From the NCBI GenBank assembly GCA_015228815.1, contig JADGCV010000006.1:1723-65722 (forward strand): a DNA stretch of 64,000 nt, read 5' to 3'. Position numbers and translations under genes: made by a program. Position 1 is the stretch's first letter. Each line of letters opens with the position of its first letter. The notes under the pieces are model-generated. The model searched no databases and had not been told where the DNA came from. It saw nothing but the letters and a program-made list of their open reading frames with translations. Of the stretch, positions 26,810 through 36,300 are shown one piece after another. Source of the DNA: Magnetococcales bacterium. Its GTDB lineage: Bacteria; Pseudomonadota; Magnetococcia; Magnetococcales; UBA8363.

Positions 26810-28249
26810 ATGAAGGTTCTCTATGTCACCTCGGTTTTGCATCCGCTGACCCATACCGGATGCATCGACGAAGTGTGCGGCATGATTCCTCCCGCCCTGA
26901 TGCAGCAAGGGGTGGATGTCCGCGTTCTCCTTCCGGCCTATCCGGAGGCACTCAAGGCATTGCGCCGGAAGGGAAAACCGATCGAACTGGGCAATCCCCT
27001 CGGATTGGGCCAGAGTCGGCTGATTCCGGGATGGCTTGCCGATGGAGCGGTCAAGGTCTGGCTTCTGGACTGTCCGGCGCAGTATGATCGGGAAGGCGGT
27101 CCCTTTCTGGACGCACAGGGAACGCCATGGCCCGACAACGCCCACCGGTTCGCATTGCTGTCGAAGGTGGCGGCGCTCCTGGCGGAGGCGGGCGGTCTGC
27201 TCGGATGGCAACCCGAGGTCCTGCATGCCAACGACTGGCCCTGCGGTCTGGCGCCGGCCTATCTGGCCCTGAACGGCAACCGTCAGTGCGGCACGGTCTT
27301 CACGGTGCGCGACATGCGGGCACAGGGTAATTTCGATGCGCGCCTTCTTCACCGGTTTGGACTGCCAAAAAGCGCGTTCACGATGAACGGACTTGAATTT
27401 TTCGATCAGTTGAGCTTTCTGAAGGGTGGGTTGTACTATGCAAACAAGATTGTGACTTCCAGTCCCACCTACGCCCGGGAAATTCAACTCAAGGGGCATG
27501 GTGAAGGGATGCATGGCGTCTGTTCTCTGCGAGGGGGCGATCTTTCGGGTATTCTCAACGGTTTGGACCGGACGGAATGGAATCCCGCCGCCGATCCGCG
27601 AATCCCCTTCCCTTTCGACCGGGACAATCTGGAGGGAAAAAGACGCAACAAGATCGCGGTACAACGCGCCTTCAACCTTGAACCCAATCCCGATGTCCCG
27701 TTGATCGGGGTGGCCTCGGGGTTGAATCGGGACGAGGGGGGCGACCTGCTGGTCGCCGCATTGTCGGGAATCATCAGTGCCGGGGCGCAGATGATCGTCG
27801 TCGGAGGCGGCGACGAGGATATGGAACACAGCCTGGTCATGGCCTCGACCGCCTATCCGGGACGAATCGGAGTGGCCCTCGACTGGGAACGTGGGGCATA
27901 CCACAGAATTCTTGCCGGGGCCGACCTTTTTCTGATTCCGGCCCGTTTCGATCCCTGCGCCGTCCGGCAGTATCAGGCAATGTGTTATGGGACGTTGCCG
28001 GTCGTGCGAAAAACCGGGGGGCTGGCGGATACGGTCATCGATTGCGTTCATGGCGAGGCGGGAACCGGATTTGTGTTCGAGGAAGCGACCGGAGGGGAGC
28101 TGATGCTTGCCATTTCCCGGGGGATCAACCTTTTTCGCAACCGCAACACCTGGTTGCGTCATCAGGCGCAGGCCATGAACCACATCCCGGATTGGACCGA
28201 AACGGCTCGGAGTCACCTGGAGATCTATCATCGCGCCCGGCCACTCTGA
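26810..28249 (+). CDS. glgA: Glycogen/starch synthase (GT5) with atypical N-terminal motif
   Basis: 479 aa. The C-terminal conserved block VVRKTGGLADTV is present and the overall layout is GlgA-like. The N-terminal KTGGL position reads HTGCI (PLTHTGCIDEV). Confidence 0.85.
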   Translation: MKVLYVTSVLHPLTHTGCIDEVCGMIPPALMQQGVDVRVLLPAYPEALKALRRKGKPIELGNPLGLGQSRLIPGWLADGAVKVWLLDCPAQYDREGGPFLDAQGTPWPDNAHRFALLSKVAALLAEAGGLLGWQPEVLHANDWPCGLAPAYLALNGNRQCGTVFTVRDMRAQGNFDARLLHRFGLPKSAFTMNGLEFFDQLSFLKGGLYYANKIVTSSPTYAREIQLKGHGEGMHGVCSLRGGDLSGILNGLDRTEWNPAADPRIPFPFDRDNLEGKRRNKIAVQRAFNLEPNPDVPLIGVASGLNRDEGGDLLVAALSGIISAGAQMIVVGGGDEDMEHSLVMASTAYPGRIGVALDWERGAYHRILAGADLFLIPARFDPCAVRQYQAMCYGTLPVVRKTGGLADTVIDCVHGEAGTGFVFEEATGGELMLAISRGINLFRNRNTWLRHQAQAMNHIPDWTETARSHLEIYHRARPL

Positions 28250-28319
28250 CAACGGTCTTTCAAGCAAACGATGTCACTGTTCAACCACGTTTCATAACGG
28301 ATGAGGATAAGAGTGCGGC

Positions 28320-30788
28320 ATGTCAAATGATTTGAATATCCAGTTTGAACACTTGGACAAAAGCACATGGGATGTGGAATACATTCGCAAGAACATCCTG
28401 GATTGCATGGTTCATCTGGTAGGCAAGGATCCGGAACTGGCATGGGAAAACGACTGGTACAAGGCGTTGGTTCTGTTCCTCAAGGGAATTCTGGCGGAAC
28501 GCCGGGTCGAATTCGAACGCAAGACCCGGGCCCAGGGAGGCAAACGGGTTTATTATCTTTCGCTTGAGTACCTGATCGGACGAAATCTGCACCGCACCCT
28601 GGCCGACCTGGGCATGACCGACGCTGCCCGGCAGGCCCTGGCGGCGTGTGGCAAATCCCTGGAGGAGATCCTCGATTGCGAGGCGGAAGCGGGTCTGGGC
28701 AATGGTGGTTTGGGACGATTGGCCGCCTGCATCGTCGATTCCATGGCCTCCCAGGGGTACCCGGGGGTTGGGTATGGCATCCGGTATCAGTTTGGCATGT
28801 TCAAGCAATCCATCGAAAATGGCCGTCAGGTGGAACATCCCGAATCGTGGCTCCGGTTTGGCAGCCCCTGGGAACTGGAACGGCGCAGCCTGGTCTACGA
28901 GATCAAATTCAAGGGACGCATTTTTCATTATCGTGACAAGGACGGTCGCAACCGGTGCCAATGGGTCGAGACCGAAGATTGCGAAGCCCAGGCGTTCGAT
29001 GTGATGCTGTCCGGGTATCGCACCCAATCGCTCTCCTACCTCAGATTGTGGAATTCCCGGGCCTCTCGTGAATTCGATCTGCACAACTTCAACGCCGGCA
29101 ACTACATTGACGCCGTGAAGTCGAAAATTCACTCGGAAAATTTGTCCAAGGTTCTCTATCCCGACGATTCGACGGCCATGGGACAGGAACTGCGCCTGAT
29201 GCAGGAGTATTTCTTCGTCAGTGCCTCGTTGCAGGATATTTTTGCCCAACATGTGACCTGCCCGGCGGACTTGCAAAAGCTGCCCGACAACGTGGCGATC
29301 CATCTCAACGATACCCATCCGGCGACGGCCATTCCGGAAATGATGCGTCTGCTTCTGGACGAGCATGGACTGGAATATGACAATGCCTGGGACATCACGC
29401 GCAGGGTTTTTTCCTATACCAACCATACCCTGCTGCCCGAGGCGCTCGAAACCTGGCCGTTGGATGTGTTCGGCAAGATTCTGCCACGGCATCTGGATAT
29501 CCTGTATCTCATCAATCACCATCATATGAACAATGTGAAGTACAAACTTCCCGGAGATACCAACATTCTGGGCCGGATGTCGCTGTTCGACGACAACAGC
29601 CGCCGGGTACGGATGGCGAATCTGTCGATCGTGGGAAGTCATACGGTGAACGGGGTGGCGGAGCTTCATTCCCAGTTGATGCAAAAAGGGATGTTCGCCG
29701 ATTTCGTCCGCCTGACTCCGGACAAGCTGACCAACGTCACCAACGGCATCACCCACATTCGCTGGCTGGCCCTGTCCAATCCGGGCCTTGCCAATCTGAT
29801 TACCGAAACGATCGGTGGCGATTGGGTCCATGATCTGACGTTGCTGAAGAAGCTGGAAGGATATGCCGACGACCACGGCTTTCAGGATCGCTTCATGGCG
29901 GTGAAGAAAGACAACAAGGTCCGTCTGGCCCGGTTCATGAAGGAAAAACACAACATTGCCTTGAATGTCGATTTCATGTTCGACGTGCAGGTCAAACGGA
30001 TTCACGAGTACAAAAGGCAACTGCTGAACCTGCTGCATGTCCTGACCCGTTACCTGTGGATCCGCGAGGGAACGAAGCCCGATCTGTTGCCGCGGACAAT
30101 CCTTCTTGGCGGCAAGGCGGCCCCCGCCTATCAACAGGCCAAGCTGATCATCCGCCTGATCAACGACGTCGCGGACATGGTACGCAATGATCCGGTGGTT
30201 GCGAGCAAACTGCAATTGGCCTTCATTCCCAACTACAATGTATCGGCGGCGGAAATCATCATGCCGGCGTGTGAGTTGTCGGAACAGATCTCGACCGCCG
30301 GCCTGGAGGCTTCGGGGACGGGCAACATGAAGTTTGCCTTGAATGGCGCCCTGACCATCGGAACCATGGATGGCGCCAACATCGAGATTCGCAAGGAGGT
30401 CGGACCGGACAATATTTTCATTTTCGGTCTCGAATCACACCGGACCGAAGAGTTGTGGCGGCATGGTTACAATCCTGGCGAAGCCATCGAGCAAAATCCC
30501 GATCTCAAGCGTATCCTGGGGATGATTCGCGACGGTTATTTCTGTCCCGAGGAGCCGGACCGTTATCGTGCCATCTATGATGCCCTGACCATGGGGGATC
30601 ATTATCTTCTGACCGCCGATTATGCCGATTATATCGCCTGTCAGGAACGGGTGGATCAATTGTATCAGGATTCGCGCAACTGGACCCGGAAGGCGATCAT
30701 CAACGTCGCCAACATGGGATTTTTCTCCATCGATCGCACGGTACGGACCTATGCCGAGCGGGTTTGGAAGATCAAACCGGTCCGATAG
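28320..30788 (+). CDS. glgP: Glycogen phosphorylase
   Basis: 822 aa. Hallmark PLP-site block EASGTGNMKFALNGALTIGTMDGANIEI and the LGNGGLGRLAAC block. Confidence 0.95.
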   Translation: MSNDLNIQFEHLDKSTWDVEYIRKNILDCMVHLVGKDPELAWENDWYKALVLFLKGILAERRVEFERKTRAQGGKRVYYLSLEYLIGRNLHRTLADLGMTDAARQALAACGKSLEEILDCEAEAGLGNGGLGRLAACIVDSMASQGYPGVGYGIRYQFGMFKQSIENGRQVEHPESWLRFGSPWELERRSLVYEIKFKGRIFHYRDKDGRNRCQWVETEDCEAQAFDVMLSGYRTQSLSYLRLWNSRASREFDLHNFNAGNYIDAVKSKIHSENLSKVLYPDDSTAMGQELRLMQEYFFVSASLQDIFAQHVTCPADLQKLPDNVAIHLNDTHPATAIPEMMRLLLDEHGLEYDNAWDITRRVFSYTNHTLLPEALETWPLDVFGKILPRHLDILYLINHHHMNNVKYKLPGDTNILGRMSLFDDNSRRVRMANLSIVGSHTVNGVAELHSQLMQKGMFADFVRLTPDKLTNVTNGITHIRWLALSNPGLANLITETIGGDWVHDLTLLKKLEGYADDHGFQDRFMAVKKDNKVRLARFMKEKHNIALNVDFMFDVQVKRIHEYKRQLLNLLHVLTRYLWIREGTKPDLLPRTILLGGKAAPAYQQAKLIIRLINDVADMVRNDPVVASKLQLAFIPNYNVSAAEIIMPACELSEQISTAGLEASGTGNMKFALNGALTIGTMDGANIEIRKEVGPDNIFIFGLESHRTEELWRHGYNPGEAIEQNPDLKRILGMIRDGYFCPEEPDRYRAIYDALTMGDHYLLTADYADYIACQERVDQLYQDSRNWTRKAIINVANMGFFSIDRTVRTYAERVWKIKPVR

Positions 30789-30811
30789 ACCCCGATTGAG
30801 AGATAACCTGC

Positions 30812-30847
30812 AAACCGGCTCCGGGTCATTCCGGGCCGGTTTTTTTT
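30812..30847 (+). terminator. Rho-independent terminator after glgP
   Basis: AAACCGGC(T)CCGG / CCGGGCCGGTTT stem with one bulged T, loop GTCATT, followed by T8 (30840-30847). It lies 24 nt after the glgP stop. Confidence 0.65.
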
Positions 30848-30897
30848 CATCGGGTCAACAAGGCTTTTTTCAAACATTTTTGAGCCATGCCCCAACC

Positions 30898-31281
30898 ATG
30901 TCACGCCTATTGATTATCGATGATGATCCGGCAATCCGGGATATCGCCAACAGGATTCTGGGACGCGCGGGTCATGACCTGGAGACCGTGGCGTCCGCCG
31001 AGGAAGGTTTGGCCCGGTGCGATAAGACTCGATTCGACCTTGTGGTGACCGACCTGACGCTGCCAGGCATGAGTGGCGCATCGTTCGCGCAAATCGTTCG
31101 GCAAAGGTTTCCCTGGATGCGAATTCTTGTTTTTTCGGGTCTTCTGTCCACCCCCGAGACGGCCATTCCTTTGGACCTGGTCCCGGACACGCCGCATCTC
31201 CATCTTCTGGCAAAACCGTTCCGGCCCAGGGAATTGCTGGCAGCGGTCACGGCATTGCTTCAGCATGAACCGGAAAAATAA
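30898..31281 (+). CDS. Single-domain response regulator (CheY-like receiver, 127 aa)
   Basis: MSRLLIIDDDPAIRDI..FDLVVTDLTLPGMSG..LLAKPF shows the acidic pocket, phospho-Asp and conserved Lys positions. The ATG at 30898 is preferred over the longer tracked ORF that overlaps glgP. Confidence 0.8.
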   Translation: MSRLLIIDDDPAIRDIANRILGRAGHDLETVASAEEGLARCDKTRFDLVVTDLTLPGMSGASFAQIVRQRFPWMRILVFSGLLSTPETAIPLDLVPDTPHLHLLAKPFRPRELLAAVTALLQHEPEK

Positions 31282-31637
31282 TCAATCAAAACGTCACGAT
31301 CAAGATCAGGTCTGATTCCTGCTTTTGCATTGACACAGTGTCGTTTTTTCTCAATAAACAACTAAATATTTTTGTATAATTATCATTCAAGGAGTCGCAC
31401 GTTTTTATACTTATTGAAAACACATGTGACAGGAAAAGTGAGTCACCGAATTTTCTCTCTTGACATATAAACTATTTTCGTGGTAATCAATTATCAATAT
31501 CGTATTTATATGATAATATAATCATTACAGAATCTTATATAAATAATTCATTTTTTTTGATGCTATTTGTTATGAGTCGCTTAATTATTTAAATAATATC
31601 ACACCTGCTCCAGCAGTTTGATGACCGGGAACCAGAC
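31282..31637 (+). promoter_or_regulatory. Strongly AT-rich 356-bp upstream region of the low-GC cluster
   Basis: The composition switches abruptly from the GC-rich flank. It contains TTGACA at 31460-31465 and many short A/T inverted repeats (e.g. TTATCA..TGATAA). No ORF of 60 aa or more. Confidence 0.4.
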
Positions 31638-33290
31638 ATGACGATTGATACTTCAAACTTATCTTTCAAGGTGCTCAACCTTCAAGGAACCCCCTATGAA
31701 CAGGGTATACAGCATGGCCAGTACCTGAAACATGAAATTCACGACGCATTTGATCATTGTGTCAAAAGATGGGGAATGAATCGTCATCGCTGGGACCTGG
31801 ATCAATTGATCACATTTGCCCATCATTGCCATCAACAAGCGCAACCCCGGTTTCAGGAAGAAATCAAGGGAATCGCGGATGGTTCGGGAATCAATTTTGA
31901 TCATCTGCTTTCATGGAACTACCTGGATGATTTCTGGGAAAATATACATTGTTCAGCCTTTGCCGTTCATGGTCCAGGAACAACCAGAGGGAGAATGATC
32001 GTTGGGCGCAACAACGACTATGAAGATGACCACTCCAGCCCCTATTCCGTCACCATCATCAGACAAGGCGATCCCAACCGGAAAATGACCCTCTGTCATA
32101 CCTGGTCTGGACAGGTTGGCACCTATGAAGGAATCAACGAAGAGGGGTTGGTGATTGGCATCCAGTTCATCGGTACCCTGATCGAGGAAAAAAATCTTCA
32201 GGGTCAATCGATCAAACAAATGGGTCTGGATCTTTTGGAGAAATGCGCGTCTGTTTCGGAGGTCCCTTCCTTCATTGCATCCAGTCCGAGAAACTTTAGT
32301 GGCAACTTGCTGGCTGCAAACCGGGAGACGGCCATGGTTGTTGAATTTACCAGTCATCGCCATGAGGTTCGGCATCCTGAAAACAATACAATCACGGCAA
32401 CGAATCATTATTGCTCCCTGAAACCGCCGGCAGAACCATCCATCGGGTCTTTCCAAACCGAACTTCGTTACCAGGTTCTTCAGGACCGGATCAAACAACA
32501 CGATGGGACCATCGACCCGGATGTGGCGTGGCAAATCCTTTCCAGCCCCCCTGTTCAACAAATGGGACCTCCGCGCCATGCCTATTTTTCTCTGCGCTCA
32601 ACCCTTTTCTTTCCGGATGATGTCAGTACACAGGTAGCCCATGGTGTTCTTCCTGCGGCGCGGGGACCTTTTTTGCAGATCAGTTTGCCGCAAATGAAAG
32701 GAAAAAGGGCGGGTCTGTCGTACATTCCCTTTCCCCCAATGACCAGCGACCCATTCTTGTCGCCACCCGAATGCATTGTGGACGAACGCGATTTACACAC
32801 CATTGGAGACTATTGCATCAAGGAACGAACTGTCGCTCTTCAAGACGGACATCGATTGCCACGTGCAACGGTCTCAAGTTCAGACTCGGTTGTTATTGTT
32901 CCATTGACGGAAGATGGACAGGTGAGAATGATACGTCAATTCCGACATTCGGCCCAGAAATGGCTGCTTGAACTGCCCGCGGGAGGTATCGAAGCGATGG
33001 AACTACCCTTCGATGCCGCTAAAAGAGAATTAAAGGAGGAAACAGGAGATGTCGCTCCAAGATGGAAGAAGCTTGGTGGATTTTATAGTGCGCCCTATGT
33101 CTTGACAGAATATCTGCATCTTTATCTTGCCCAAGGAATCATTCCCGGAAAACAAGAACTGCAACCTGGAGAACATATTCTTACAGAAACTTTCCCATGG
33201 AAAGACGTGATTGAAAAAATAAGGATTGGCGACATCGAAGATTGCAAAACAATCGCTGCAATCATGATCGCTGCTCAAAATATCATGTAA
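31638..33290 (+). CDS. Fusion protein: peptidase-C45 / acyl-CoA:6-APA acyltransferase-like Ntn-hydrolase domain + C-terminal Nudix hydrolase domain (550 aa)
   Basis: The N-terminal half has an Ntn-hydrolase-like nucleophile context, NIHCSAFAVHGPGTTRGRMIVGRNNDY. The C-terminal ~170 aa carry an intact Nudix box GGIEAMELPFDAAKRELKEETGDV (Gx5Ex7REUxEExGU). Confidence 0.75.
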   Translation: MTIDTSNLSFKVLNLQGTPYEQGIQHGQYLKHEIHDAFDHCVKRWGMNRHRWDLDQLITFAHHCHQQAQPRFQEEIKGIADGSGINFDHLLSWNYLDDFWENIHCSAFAVHGPGTTRGRMIVGRNNDYEDDHSSPYSVTIIRQGDPNRKMTLCHTWSGQVGTYEGINEEGLVIGIQFIGTLIEEKNLQGQSIKQMGLDLLEKCASVSEVPSFIASSPRNFSGNLLAANRETAMVVEFTSHRHEVRHPENNTITATNHYCSLKPPAEPSIGSFQTELRYQVLQDRIKQHDGTIDPDVAWQILSSPPVQQMGPPRHAYFSLRSTLFFPDDVSTQVAHGVLPAARGPFLQISLPQMKGKRAGLSYIPFPPMTSDPFLSPPECIVDERDLHTIGDYCIKERTVALQDGHRLPRATVSSSDSVVIVPLTEDGQVRMIRQFRHSAQKWLLELPAGGIEAMELPFDAAKRELKEETGDVAPRWKKLGGFYSAPYVLTEYLHLYLAQGIIPGKQELQPGEHILTETFPWKDVIEKIRIGDIEDCKTIAAIMIAAQNIM

Positions 33291-33313
33291 TCTTTTGCCG
33301 ACATAATAAACAG

Positions 33314-36300
33314 ATGATAGGCAATCAGATCATAATTATTAAACATCCAACCGAACATCCTGATCGGAATTCGGTCACCTCGGAACATTTTGGACACAAG
33401 GGAACCAATTGTTTCCGCTTGAGTTGGCTCTTGAATACATCCCTGACCCCGACAACCGTATTGGTCGGAGCAGGCATATTCAATGAATATATTTCAACAA
33501 TTTCAAATGAGTATTCCAGATTGTCCGCAACTGATCACCTGTCAGATCATGTTTTTGCGGAAATTGTGGAACAAGACTTTCCCAGATGGTTGCGGACGAA
33601 TCATGAGGAACTACTTCGCCGAATTGCCCGTGTTTTCGGCAATGTTCGAATCGCGGTTCGCAGTTCCGCCAATGAAGATTCAAACGAATGTTCCAATGCG
33701 GGACGTTTTCGATCCATTTTGAACGTTGAGATTTCAGATCTGGCTCGCGCAATGGGTCAGGTGGCTGGAAGTTATTTGTTGCCAAATTATGTTTCCGAAG
33801 ATACCTGTCCTGCCGAATATAATTGGAAGAACCAACATCAAACAATATTCGGCGCCTTTCTGATACAGGAGATGATCGGGTCTCCACTTTCAGGATCTCA
33901 AGCACAACTGGTCCCACTGCTTCATCCCGCTTTGATTGAAAAGATTGCGCTTGAAACCAGGAATGTCATGAAAAACGGCTTCAATGACAATCCAGTCGAT
34001 ATGGAGTGGGTCATTGTCGCACAGGATGTCACCGTATCGGTGTTATCCTTTTCCATGGAGCCCAATACCGGGGCGGATGTGGTTACCATTTCCTGCGCCT
34101 TCGGGGCGGGAGTGATTGTTCAGGGAAATAACAACGCAATCAGTACCTATTATCATGACCCGGATCAACCTGAAGCGACATTTGTCCAAACGCCTCCATC
34201 ATGTTCAACACAATGGATCGGAAAGGAAGCAAAAGTTTACGCTGTTCAGGCAAGACAAACAATGATTCGCGGCAAGACAAACCAATCTTATATCCAACAG
34301 ATTAATGAAAATCATGGCGGTATTCATATCATTCATGGTGAACCACTTGTAAATTCAGGTGCGGTTGCGAAAGGATGGATTCTTTTTTCTCAAAGCATCG
34401 AGTCTGCCTGGCATGACCATGTCAACATGGACAAGAAAGATAAGGATCGTTGTGCCGGCGTCGTGGTGATGAGCGGTTCAACCATGGACCATTACGCCAT
34501 CTTATTCCGAGAAAACTCAGTAAACGTCTTTTTACTGAACACAAATGAATTCCATCGTTTTCTTGACCGGCCCAATCAACATATTGCAACAGATCCGCAA
34601 AACAGTCGGTTACTGGCCTGTGCCAATAGAAAAATTTTACTAAACCTGCCCGTTCAACCAGGAGTATGTCTTTCAAGATCACCCGCATGGATTTCAGCCG
34701 ATTTTTTCCATTTCCGTGATATGAATACAATCCATACTCCATCCGGTTCTCAACCATCAACACCGCATGTTTTCTTTCGTCATGGAATCCACCGTAGGAT
34801 AATGACAACAATTAATTTCATGGGGAATTGCATTGAGGAATGGATTGCACCATATTTCGATGCCGATCATCACAGGAAGGAAGCGCTCTTCCAGTCCTTG
34901 AACACTCTGAAGGTCCTGCTTCATCAGGCGAACGATGCCACAGGTTCCGATCCGCAATGGCGGACGGTCAGAGTTCAGGTGAACTCATTACTTTCGGTTC
35001 TGGCGGCATTGGAAACGTCAATAAATCGCGGATGCAAGGAAACCGTCTCATTCTATTACAAGATGATTGAAAGACATGTCGCTACCTTTCCTCGGCGTCG
35101 CACTGGCATGTCGCACACATTCCCCATAGGTAACTGGCTGGAAGAGGTGGATCGGACCATTCTCCAACTGGTCGATTCAGGGATTGTCGGCCTCCATGAT
35201 CTTGACCCGGAACAATGGGCAGATCGACCGGAAATGCTCCAACTCATCCACCTTCGGGACCGATTGAGACCTCGCCAGCCATGGACCCCCACAACACTTC
35301 CTGAACCAACAGCCGATCAGGAACACACTCTGGCTGCTTGCCAACTTCTGATCGACCTGTATGGAGAAGAGGCGCGTCTTGAACTGACCCGTTTGGAACC
35401 ACTGGCTCTTTGCGCTTCCTCCTTCTCCAAAATGGAAATGATCCAGAAATTATTGAACAATAAGTGTATTTCTGGAAAACAAAATTTCTCGGAACTGCTC
35501 TCTGTTCTCAGGTTTTATCGTTCCATTCATCAGGATATATTCTGTGAAATTACCGAAGCCATGCTTCTCAGCGCCATATCGGATCCAGGTTTTCTTGACC
35601 GGTTGCGTTCATTCGACCCATTGCAGGATGGGGGGCGTCACCTTGTCGAAGCATGCGGTGGAAATCTTTCATTTCAAATTTTGTCCAATTCTTTTCTTCA
35701 CGCAAACCCACGATGGTCACAATCATTATCGTGTCTTATCGATGCTTTGAACAATACAATGCAGGAACGCCAAGACCTCATTGAATTGGGCACGGTTGGT
35801 CGGTTTGAAGCATTACAATCCATGGATCGGGTTGTTTCGATCATTATCTCACCATTGATCGACCTGATTCAATTGGCGATAACAGATTGTTGCAACGCTG
35901 TTCCTGGATGGACGCATCAATTGATCGGCAATTCCTTGGACGCTGTCTTTGAACTCTATGACGATCTTGGGAAAATGTGTTGCAATCGACTTGCAAGGAA
36001 TGATTATGGCATCTATGATGTTTATTTGAAACATCTTAATGCCTGGTTTTCCACTATATCAAGAGTCTACGCACATGTGGGCATTGCAGATAAAGAAAGA
36101 TATTTTTCATACATTTCCACTAAATTAAACGAAATAGATTCACAACGTCCCCATGGTATCGGCTTGAATGAGAGAACATGGAACGATCTTATTTTCAGGT
36201 ATTCCAATCATCCGATAAATATTCACCAGATTCATAATGTCCTACACCAATCTGAACTGGAACTTCGCGGCAACTGGCTCCAATTACAGCCCATTCCTGG

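Noticed and set aside
33242-33313. The tracked upstream start (33242) for the large phosphotransferase-like ORF.
   Set aside because: It would overlap the last 49 nt of the preceding gene and add a Cys/His/Asn-rich leader (MQNNRCNHDRCSKYHVIFCRHNKQ) with no support. The ATG at 33314 sits 24 nt after the upstream stop.
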